Assembly: GCA_036841525.1 (NCBI GenBank) | Contig: DAITVZ010000001.1 | Coordinates: 67,353 to 131,352 of the forward strand | Direction: 5' to 3' | Length of the DNA stretch: 64,000 bases | From: Chloroflexota bacterium | GTDB lineage: Bacteria > Chloroflexota > Anaerolineae > JAAYEA01 | In this document: piece by piece, positions 55,571 to 64,000 of the stretch | Layout: each line of letters begins with the position of its first letter | Position numbering within the stretch: the stretch's first letter is position 1 | Program-made: the position numbers and the translations under genes | The notes under the pieces: model-generated | Seen by the model: the letters and a program-made list of their open reading frames with translations, nothing else | Told to the model about the DNA's origin: nothing | Database searches by the model: none

Positions 55571-58386
55571 CGTTGTTCCTCCTCACGCCAGGTTAGCCTT
55601 TGCGCCCACCCCAAGGTCAGCGCGAATATAAACGCCAGCTCGACCACAAAGTAGGAATTGTCCACCAGCCCGTGGGCCAGCATGCCCACCACGCTGGCCA
55701 TGAACCCCAGCAGCAGGGCCCGCACGTCGCCATCAGGCAGCGCGCGGAGCGCCCGCCAGCCCTTGCGAAAGTAGGCGACCAGGAACCAAGCCAGCGCCGC
55801 CAGCCCGCCCACACCCAGGCGCGTCCAAAAGTCCAGGACGATATTATGGGGATGGGAGAGGTTCGGCTCCGCGGCGGCCTCGGCCAGGATGTACGATGGA
55901 TAATAATACAAAAAGTTGTCCAGGCCAACTCCGGTGAGCGGGTGGTCGCGGATCATGGCCAGGGCCGATCTCCACAGGCTGACGCGAAAGAGCGACGTCC
56001 CGGCGCGGAGGTCGAACAGGGAGGCGATGCGCGCCGTCCCCGCCACGGGCACCAGCAGGGCCACGCCGACGACGATGGCCGCCAGCATCCCGGCCAGGGC
56101 CCTTCGCCCGCGCATGGCGCCGAGGAAGAGCATGGCCGCGGGCAGGCCCAGCAGCCAGGCCCCCCGCGAGAAGGTCAGGAACAGGCAAGGGACCATCAGC
56201 GCCGCGCCAACGCCGTAGGCCCGGCGCCGCCAGCCGGTGCGGCCCCACAGCGCCACCGCCGCCGCCAGCGGGATGATCCGCCCCAGCACCAGGCTCAGGT
56301 TGTTGGGGGAGGCATAGACCGCGCGGATGCGCCGGACGCCCTCGGCCACGATGGTATCCCCGCCAAAGGCGTACTGCGCCAGCCCGTATACCGCCAGGAC
56401 CGCGCCGCTGAGCACCAATGCGTCGGCCAGGCCGACCAAGAAGGCGTGCGGGCGCGCCGTGGCCCAGCGGGAGCGCCCGGGCGCGCGGACCACCAGCCAG
56501 TAAAAGAGCGCCGATTCCAGCACGACCACGCGGAACTCGCGCAGGCTGACCGAGCGGTTCTGCGAGACAAAGAGCGAGGCAAAGGCCACCAGCAAGAAAA
56601 AGAGCCAGGCCCCGTCCAGCCCCCGCCAATCGAAGCGCAGCCCGCCTAGCAGGGATTTGAGGCTGGCCTGGCCTGCTCGGCGGCGCGCCAGCCAGCGGCT
56701 CAGTCCCGGCAACGCCCAGGCAGCGAGGGCCAACAGGGTCAGCGACTCGACCAGCGAAAAGCCCCTGGCGCCGAGGGGGCGATGGTACAGCGCGAAGGGG
56801 ATGCATGCTGTGGCGCAGAGCAGCGGCCACTCCAGCCGCAGCAGGCCGATGAACAGCAGCGCCCACAGGGCCAGCAGGGCCAGCGGCTGCCAGGGGCTGA
56901 GGGCATAGAGCCCCACCAGCAGCGCGGTCAGGGCGAACTGCTGCGCGTCCGAGAGGCGCAAAAAGGCTTGCTGCCCGGCGCCCCACCACGTCGCCCAAGG
57001 CAAGCGGCGCAGGTGGACGAGGCCGCGCCAGGTCACCACCGCCAGCCCCGCGCCCAAGAGGGCCAGCGCCGCCAACAGCCGCCCGCGCGGCGGCTGATAG
57101 GGGAGCGGGGAGCTTGCCGGCGAGGCGAGCCAGGCCGCCAGCCGCTGGCGCAGGAGGGTTGGCTGGCCTTGTCGATCCACCAGCGCCAAGCCCCAGACGG
57201 GGTCGTCCGCCGCGGCGGCGGGTTGGTAACCCGGCAGGCAGAGGATCTGAGCCCAGGGCCATTCCGCCCGCGCCCGGCCCAGCGCGCGCAGGGTTCGGTC
57301 CGCCTGCTTATCCGGCGCGTCGGCGCCCCAGGGCGAGGGCTGCCCCGACCAGTTCTCCGGCAGGGCGTTCCAACCCATCTCCATGACCCAGACGGGCTTG
57401 TCCTGGTCGCCATTCCGGGCCATGACCTCGCGCAGCAGGATCAGCCGCGCGTAATTGAGCACTTGGGGATCGACGCGGCGGTCCTCCGGGCCCGACCAAA
57501 AGCCGTAGGCCTTGGCGCCCACCGCGTCCAGGTGCGCGCCTGCCCCCGCCTCGTACATCCCCTCCAGGTAGGCGACCTCCGAAAGGTTCTTCCCGCCGGG
57601 CTCGGTGGTGGGAGCCAGCGCCGCGGAGAGGACCACCGCCCCCGGCGCGGCGGCCTTGATGGCGGCATGGGCCGCGCTCAGCAGCTCGGCATAGGCGGCG
57701 GGATCGACGTCGCGGTCGCCCCAATGCGGGCGGATGTTGGGCTGGTCCCAGACCTGATAGGCGGCGATGCCATCGCCGTAGCGGGCGGCCACCTGGGCGG
57801 CCCAGGCGGCGAACCGGGCGGCGTCCTGGGGCGGGGCAAAGGCGTTGTCGCGATCCTCGGGCCGGCGCGCCCAGGCGGGCGAGCGCTCCAGCACGGCGAT
57901 AACCGCCAGGCCGTGCCGCCGCGCCGCTTCCACCCAGCGGTCCAAGCTCTCCCAGGCATACTCCCCTGGCTGGGGCTCGCCCAGGTCCCAGGGGAAGCGC
58001 TGCCTGATCCAGGTCAAGCCCAGCGCGCGGATATCGGCCAGGGCGGCATCGAGCGCCGCCTCATCATACTGCTCCAGGGCGACGTTCACGCCCCAAGGCG
58101 CGCGCGCTGCTTCGGCAAGGGCGGTAGGGGGCGGCTCCACGCCGCGGTTGCGGGTGCGATAGGTGCGCAAAATGGCGTCGCCCAGAAGCGCCAGGAGAGA
58201 GGCGCAGAGAATGCAAAAGAGGGCGGCAAACAGGGAGGGCCAGGGGCTCTGGCGAGGGCGATTCGCGCTCGGTTCTGTCACGTTGGGGCACCTGTCCGGG
58301 TCTGGGGTTTCCGCCGCGCAGGCGGCGACGGAGGCAGGGTGGTCATGCCTTGTTCCCATCCTACCACCGTTCGCCCGTGGCGGCAA
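55567..58386 (-). CDS. Fusion membrane protein: periplasmic GH5-like (beta/alpha)8 glycoside-hydrolase-like domain + C-terminal O-antigen-ligase-like (Wzy_C) multi-TM domain
   Basis: 939 aa. After an N-terminal TM helix, a TIM-barrel-like region follows ([24 protein letters not shown]..., VWVMEMGW). The last ~450 aa are polytopic and carry a Wzy_C-type loop ([16 protein letters not shown]). The exact start is uncertain. It overlaps the UXS gene by 4 nt. Confidence 0.5.
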   Translation of the reverse strand: MPPRANGGRMGTRHDHPASVAACAAETPDPDRCPNVTEPSANRPRQSPWPSLFAALFCILCASLLALLGDAILRTYRTRNRGVEPPPTALAEAARAPWGVNVALEQYDEAALDAALADIRALGLTWIRQRFPWDLGEPQPGEYAWESLDRWVEAARRHGLAVIAVLERSPAWARRPEDRDNAFAPPQDAARFAAWAAQVAARYGDGIAAYQVWDQPNIRPHWGDRDVDPAAYAELLSAAHAAIKAAAPGAVVLSAALAPTTEPGGKNLSEVAYLEGMYEAGAGAHLDAVGAKAYGFWSGPEDRRVDPQVLNYARLILLREVMARNGDQDKPVWVMEMGWNALPENWSGQPSPWGADAPDKQADRTLRALGRARAEWPWAQILCLPGYQPAAAADDPVWGLALVDRQGQPTLLRQRLAAWLASPASSPLPYQPPRGRLLAALALLGAGLAVVTWRGLVHLRRLPWATWWGAGQQAFLRLSDAQQFALTALLVGLYALSPWQPLALLALWALLFIGLLRLEWPLLCATACIPFALYHRPLGARGFSLVESLTLLALAAWALPGLSRWLARRRAGQASLKSLLGGLRFDWRGLDGAWLFFLLVAFASLFVSQNRSVSLREFRVVVLESALFYWLVVRAPGRSRWATARPHAFLVGLADALVLSGAVLAVYGLAQYAFGGDTIVAEGVRRIRAVYASPNNLSLVLGRIIPLAAAVALWGRTGWRRRAYGVGAALMVPCLFLTFSRGAWLLGLPAAMLFLGAMRGRRALAGMLAAIVVGVALLVPVAGTARIASLFDLRAGTSLFRVSLWRSALAMIRDHPLTGVGLDNFLYYYPSYILAEAAAEPNLSHPHNIVLDFWTRLGVGGLAALAWFLVAYFRKGWRALRALPDGDVRALLLGFMASVVGMLAHGLVDNSYFVVELAFIFALTLGWAQRLTWREEEQR

Positions 58387-58571
58387 CTCGACCGGGCGCC
58401 CAAGCCGCGACGATTTGACAGGATATCCTCAATGATGTATCATAGGGGGTATGGTTGAGCTTGGGGCTGTTCGCCTGAGTAAAGCCTGCGCCTGTGCGAT
58501 TAGCCCGGCGCTTTGTTGTGAAGAGCGCGCCTTGATGGCGAGACAGATAGAAGAAGGAGTTGTTGGCGCAA

Positions 58572-59237
58572 ATGGCACAGTTCCAGCTTTCTGCTACGAC
58601 GCGAGAAGTGAAGGGCAAGCAGGTTTCGCAACTTCGCCGGGAGGGTCTGGTCCCCGCGGTCCTCTACGGACGGTTGACCCAAAACGCATCGCTTGCGCTT
58701 CCCAAGCGCGAGTTTGACTTGGTTCTGCGTCAGGCGGGCATGACGCAGCTTGTCGGCCTGATCATCGATGGCCAGGGCGAGGCGCGGAACATCTTGGTTC
58801 GTGACGTGCAGCGTAACATCCTGACCGGCGAGCCGATCCACGCCGATCTGTACGAAGTGGTCATGACCGATGTCATCACCACCGAGATCCCGATCGTCTT
58901 GATTGGCGTATCTCCGGCGGCCTCTCACGATGCGGGCGTCCTGATTCAGGGCCTCAACAGCGTGCAAGTCGAGTGCTTGCCTGGCGACCTGATCCCCGAG
59001 ATCAAGGTGGACATCAGCGGCTTGGCAGAGGTCCATCAGTCGATCACGGTGGCCGACCTGGTGCTGCCTGCTGGGATCAAGGTGCTGGCCGAGGCGGACG
59101 AGATGGTCGTGACGATTTCTCCGATGCGGGCGGAGGAAGCGGAAGCGGTTGTGGAGGAAGCGCCGGCGGCTGTGGAGCCTGAGCGCATCACCAAGCCCAA
59201 GGTCGAGGAAGAGCCCGAGACCAAGGCCAAGTCCTAG
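58572..59237 (+). CDS. rplY: 50S ribosomal protein L25 / general stress protein Ctc
   Basis: ORF 58560-59237. FQLSATTREVKGKQVSQLRREGLVPAVLYG is present. The C-terminal tail is acidic. The start is ATG 58572 or TTG 58560. Confidence 0.7.
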   Translation: MAQFQLSATTREVKGKQVSQLRREGLVPAVLYGRLTQNASLALPKREFDLVLRQAGMTQLVGLIIDGQGEARNILVRDVQRNILTGEPIHADLYEVVMTDVITTEIPIVLIGVSPAASHDAGVLIQGLNSVQVECLPGDLIPEIKVDISGLAEVHQSITVADLVLPAGIKVLAEADEMVVTISPMRAEEAEAVVEEAPAAVEPERITKPKVEEEPETKAKS

Positions 59238-59262
59238 CTTCTGCCTAAGGAGAGTACATTAC

Positions 59263-60327
<1,065 letters not shown>

Positions 60328-60348
60328 AGTGTCTGGTTAGGCGACGGC

Positions 60349-61182
60349 ATGCCGACCTGGAAAAAGGATAAATCCACGATCGTCCTCCTGCTCCTGTCGC
60401 TGGGATTGGCGATCATGCTCCTGTTGCAGCAGACGGGCCACCTGGGCCCGGTCTATGACCTGGTGGGGAGCGTGGTGATCCCCGCCCAATATGCCGTCAG
60501 CCGCGCGGTGAACGGCGTCGCCCAACGCTTCGAGGGCCTGACCCAGATGCAACAGCTCGAGGCGCAAAAGCGCGAGCTGGAAGAGACGGTCAGCCAACTG
60601 ATGCTCAAGACCGTCGAGCTGGAAGAAGCCAAGATCGAGCTGGAACGCCTCCGCGAGCACCTCGGTTTCAAAGAAGCTAACCCCGAATTCGACATGCTGG
60701 CCGCCGAGGTGATCGGCTACGAGCCGACCAACTTGGTGCGCTATCTTATCATCGACCGCGGCGAGGATGATGGCGTCCAGGAAGGGATGCCGGTGATCTC
60801 GTCGCGCGGCCTGGTGGGGCGCATCTCGGAGGTCAACGCCCGCTGGTCCAAGGTGCTGCTCCTGGTGGACGCCTCCAGCTCGGTCAATGCCATGATCCAG
60901 CGCTCGCGGGCCACCGGCGTGGTGCAGGGGCATCTGCCCTCCGACCTCACCATGCGTTTCATCCCCCAGGGCGACCCGGTGCAAGAGGGGGATATCGTCA
61001 TTACCTCCGGCCTCGGCGGGAACTTGCCCAAGAACCTGGTGATCGGCCAAATCACCTCGGTTCGCCAGAACGATGTGGACATGTTCCAGGAGGCCGAGAT
61101 CCGCTCGGCGGTGGATTTCTACCGGCTGGAAGTGGTCCTGGTCATCCGCAACTTTACCCCCATCGACTTTGCGGACCAGTGA
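60349..61182 (+). CDS. mreC: Rod shape-determining protein MreC
   Basis: N-terminal TM helix, coiled coil, and a beta-domain (VISSRGLVGRISEV...VITSGLGG). Confidence 0.8.
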   Translation: MPTWKKDKSTIVLLLLSLGLAIMLLLQQTGHLGPVYDLVGSVVIPAQYAVSRAVNGVAQRFEGLTQMQQLEAQKRELEETVSQLMLKTVELEEAKIELERLREHLGFKEANPEFDMLAAEVIGYEPTNLVRYLIIDRGEDDGVQEGMPVISSRGLVGRISEVNARWSKVLLLVDASSSVNAMIQRSRATGVVQGHLPSDLTMRFIPQGDPVQEGDIVITSGLGGNLPKNLVIGQITSVRQNDVDMFQEAEIRSAVDFYRLEVVLVIRNFTPIDFADQ

Positions 61183-61224
61183 GGCGAGAGGAGGCCCCAG
61201 ATCAAGCTTTACGTTAGGGCGCTC

Positions 61225-61728
61225 TTGGTGGTCATCCTGGTCATCTTGCAGGTCGTCTTGCTGCCGCATTTCTCGCTCCATGGCATCAAACCCAACCTGG
61301 TCCTGTTGGTGGTGGTGGTTTGGAGCCTGATGTACGGCGCGCGGGAGGGCAGCATCTGGGCCCTGATGTGCGGCATCTTGCTGGACCTCCTCTCGGGGGC
61401 CCCGCTGGGCGCCGCTTCCCTGGCGCTGCTCGTCGCGGGCCTACTGGCTGGCCTGCGTCTGTGGCGAACGATCCACGCCCAGTGGTTTCTGCCCGCGCTG
61501 GTGGCGGCGGCCAGCGTTGCCCATGACCTTGTCCTGATGCTCCTCTTGCAGATCGGGGGGCATCCGCTGATTTGGTGGGATGATCTGCTGCGCGTGGTGC
61601 TGCCGGGGGCGCTTTTGAGCGGCGGGCTGGCGGTGCTGGCCTATCCGCTGGTGCGGCGGATGCCTTCCCGCCCCGAGGCCGAAGAGGAGGCCTCCTCAGC
61701 CGCGCCACGGCAGCCCGTGTTATGGTAG
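61225..61728 (+). CDS. mreD: Rod shape-determining protein MreD
   Basis: Small polytopic protein in the same frame as mreC, downstream of its stop. The first start is TTG 61225. Placement is by position and hydrophobicity. Confidence 0.55.
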   Translation: MVVILVILQVVLLPHFSLHGIKPNLVLLVVVVWSLMYGAREGSIWALMCGILLDLLSGAPLGAASLALLVAGLLAGLRLWRTIHAQWFLPALVAAASVAHDLVLMLLLQIGGHPLIWWDDLLRVVLPGALLSGGLAVLAYPLVRRMPSRPEAEEEASSAAPRQPVLW

Positions 61729-61734
61729 AGGGTG

Positions 61735-63720
61735 ATGATGAACGAAGGTAGAGCCACGTTCCGCCTCATTGGCCTTCGGATCGCCCTGCTGGCCGCTTTC
61801 GTCGTGCTGGGCGCCAAGCTGTGGCAGCTTCAGATCGGCAAGGGCGAGACCTACGCGCGGATGGCCGACACGAACCGTTTTCGCCTCGTCTCTGTGGATC
61901 CTCCGCGCGGCGTGATGTATGATCGGAACGGCACCATCCTCGTCCGCAACATCCCCAGCTTTTCGTTGGCCGTGGTCCCCTCCAGCCTGCCCGAGGAAGA
62001 GGCCGAGCTCGGCGCGCTCTGCGATCGGCTGGCCTCCCTGGCGGCCCAGGCGCAGCAGCCCGCCGCGACCAGCCCCTGGAGCCCGAGCGCCGTTCAGGCC
62101 GCCGAGGGCCCGGTGGCCACCCTGAGGGCCGACGAGATTCGCGCCAAGATCGATGGCGTCCTGGAGCAGGTGTCCACGGGGCAGCTCAACGCCAATGCCT
62201 CGGTCACCATCTTGCCCAGCGTCTCCCGCGAGTTGGCCTTTGTCGCCGAGGAGGAGCATCTCAACCTGCCCGGCGTCCTGGTGGAGATCAAGCCCCTGCG
62301 GCAGTACCTTCATGGGCCGCTCACGTCGCATTGGCTGGGCTACGTGGGGGCGATCCCCGCGGGCCAGTTGGATAGCTACCTGGCGAAGGAAAGCGCCGAC
62401 TATGAGCGTAACGACACCGTCGGCCTGACCGGCATCGAGCTCTCCTTTGAAGAGGAGCTGCGCGGCAGCAAGGGCAAGAAGCATGTCGAGGTGGACGCCT
62501 TCGAGCGCGAAGTGGGGCTCTTGGCCACCCGGGACGCCCAGGCGGGCGATAGTCTGATCCTGACCCTGGACGTGGGGCTTCAGGCGGTGGCGGCGCAGGC
62601 TTTGCAGGAGCGCCTGGAGCTGGTGGGCGCCTCCTCCGGCACCGTCATCGTGATGAACCCGCAGAACGGCGAGGTCCTGGCCATGGTCTCGCTGCCCAGC
62701 TATGATAACAACCTCTTTTCCGGCGGCATCTCCTATGCGGACTATGAGCGGCTCAGCACGGACCCGCTCAGCCCCATGCTGAACCACGCCGTCGGCGGCG
62801 AGTATCCCCCTGGCTCGGTCTTCAAGATCGTCCCGGCCAGCGCAGCGCTGGAAGAGGGCGTGATCACGCCGCGCACCACCTTCACCTGCGGCGGCATCAT
62901 GTGGCTGCCCAACCAGTTCTTCCCCAACGACCCCACCCAGGCGCAGCCCTTCTATTGCTGGCGCCCGGCAGGCCATGGCGTGGTGAACCTGCGCCAGGGC
63001 CTCATGCAATCCTGCGACATCTATTTCTACAACGTGGGCGGCGGGTTCGGCGATTTCAAGGGGCTGGGGCTGACGCGGCTGGCCGACTATGCCCGGCAAT
63101 TCGGCTTTGGCGCGCCGACGGGGATCAATCTGCCGGGCGAGGTGGCCGGGCTGGTGCCCTCGGAGCGCTGGAAGCGCGAAAACTATGACGCCAACTGGGT
63201 GACGGGCGACACCTACAACATGTCCATCGGCCAGGGCTATATCCTGTCCACGCCGCTGCAATTGCTCAACGCCGTGGCCGCGGTCGCCAATGGCGGCACC
63301 CTCTATCGCCCGCAGGTGGTTCGCCAGGTGGTGGACCTGGATGGCCAGGTGGTGCGAGATTACCAGCCGCAGGTGATCCGCCACTTGCCAATATCGGATG
63401 GAAACATACAATTGGTGCGAGAGGGCATGCGCGCCGCGGTGCAGGCGGGGACCGCCATCCTGCTCGAGCTAGACTTGCCGCAGATTCATGCGGCGGGCAA
63501 GACCGGCACCGCCGAGTTCCCTGGCGAGCGGGACGCCGAGGGCCATTTGCCGACCCATGCGTGGTTCGGCGCCTTCGCGCCCTACGAGAACCCCGAAATC
63601 GCCATTGTCGTGTTTCTGGCGGATGGCGGCCAGGGCGCGCTGGAGGCCGTGCCAGTGGCCTCCAAGATCCTGCGACATTACTTCCAGGTTCCCGAGCCGA
63701 CGCCCACGCCGAAACCCTAG
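61735..63720 (+). CDS. mrdA: Penicillin-binding protein 2 (elongasome transpeptidase)
   Basis: ORF starts at 61732 (GTG-ATG-ATG). SVFK is the SxxK motif; SIGQGY and KTGTAE are present. N-terminal TM helix. Confidence 0.85.
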   Translation: MMNEGRATFRLIGLRIALLAAFVVLGAKLWQLQIGKGETYARMADTNRFRLVSVDPPRGVMYDRNGTILVRNIPSFSLAVVPSSLPEEEAELGALCDRLASLAAQAQQPAATSPWSPSAVQAAEGPVATLRADEIRAKIDGVLEQVSTGQLNANASVTILPSVSRELAFVAEEEHLNLPGVLVEIKPLRQYLHGPLTSHWLGYVGAIPAGQLDSYLAKESADYERNDTVGLTGIELSFEEELRGSKGKKHVEVDAFEREVGLLATRDAQAGDSLILTLDVGLQAVAAQALQERLELVGASSGTVIVMNPQNGEVLAMVSLPSYDNNLFSGGISYADYERLSTDPLSPMLNHAVGGEYPPGSVFKIVPASAALEEGVITPRTTFTCGGIMWLPNQFFPNDPTQAQPFYCWRPAGHGVVNLRQGLMQSCDIYFYNVGGGFGDFKGLGLTRLADYARQFGFGAPTGINLPGEVAGLVPSERWKRENYDANWVTGDTYNMSIGQGYILSTPLQLLNAVAAVANGGTLYRPQVVRQVVDLDGQVVRDYQPQVIRHLPISDGNIQLVREGMRAAVQAGTAILLELDLPQIHAAGKTGTAEFPGERDAEGHLPTHAWFGAFAPYENPEIAIVVFLADGGQGALEAVPVASKILRHYFQVPEPTPTPKP

Positions 63721-63776
63721 CGGGCGCAGCCGGGGCCCGCATCGTGGATGAGCGAGCCTGAGCGGAGTACGAGACG

Positions 63777-64000
63777 ATGGCCAGAGATACCTCGGCGCTA
63801 AACCGGTCGACGGGAGTGATCATCAAGGGGACCCGCGAGGGGGTCTCCATTGTCTGCGCGCAGGGCGATTGGGACGAGCTCTTGGAGGACCTGGCCAAAC
63901 GCCTGCATGCCACGGCGTCCTTCTTTGCCGGCAGCCGGGTGACCCTGGACGTGGGGGACCGACTCGTCTCCGAGGGTGAGCTGCGGGCGCTGGAAGAGAT
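63777..64000 (+). CDS. minC: Septum site-determining protein MinC, N-terminal part (runs past the window end)
   Basis: ATG at 63777. The sequence IIKGTREGVSIVCAQGDWDELLEDLAKRLHATASFFAGSRVTLDVGDRLVSEGELRALEE matches the MinC N-terminal domain. It is absent from the ORF track because there is no in-window stop. Confidence 0.5.
   Translation, partial: MARDTSALNRSTGVIIKGTREGVSIVCAQGDWDELLEDLAKRLHATASFFAGSRVTLDVGDRLVSEGELRALEE

Overview
This 64-kb window is a high-GC bacterial chromosome segment with Gram-positive/Chloroflexota-like organisation: GGAGG-type ribosome-binding sites, a yvlB/yvlD-like module, mreBCD-mrdA-minC, tilS-hpt and TAT-lipoprotein solute-binding proteins. Coding density is high and genes are often translationally coupled. 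I found no transposases and no CRISPR arrays.

Gene content, 5' to 3':
- A partial giant secreted parallel beta-helix repeat protein (runs off the 5' edge).
- An SDR epimerase, a HEAT-repeat protein, an ECF sigma/anti-sigma pair, an orphan fabH and a hemerythrin.
- A secreted CARDB x3 protein with a C-terminal caspase-like His/Cys domain, plus an adjacent PepSY-like partner.
- birA and an LGFP-repeat secreted protein.
- A markedly AT-rich intergenic island carrying two divergent near-consensus sigma70 promoters.
- A cluster of proteins sharing a recurring SHOCT-like 'GKIS-EEA-KLLE' peptide: a DUF2089 Zn-ribbon/HTH protein, a coiled-coil protein, a GNAT, an MFS transporter, a DUF4097 protein and a DUF360/YvlD-like protein.
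- An in-frame Hpt domain fused to a Gfo/Idh/MocA oxidoreductase.
- A DUF4038 glycoside hydrolase, a GntR regulator and an ABC solute-binding protein.
- tRNA-Lys(CTT).
- A roughly 15-kb carbohydrate-utilisation cluster: PL22-like lyase, two URO-D-like proteins, GNAT, DUF3604, GH28-like protein, nanE, a second solute-binding protein, two ABC permeases and a GH-like protein.
- A folate one-carbon operon (fchA-folD-fhs) behind a roughly 400-nt leader that may be a riboswitch.
- An alpha/beta hydrolase, a PAP2 phosphatase, tilS, rlmI, hpt and a convergent aminotransferase.
- An envelope-glycan cluster: GT4, an O-antigen-ligase-like protein, UDP-xylose synthase and a GH-like/Wzy_C fusion.
- Ribosomal protein L25, mreBCD-mrdA and partial minC.

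Reading caveat: many long ORFs in the six-frame track are GC-bias shadow frames and were rejected. My base-by-base reading of the printed sequence can be off by about 1 nt, so I relied on the ORF track for frames and coordinates.
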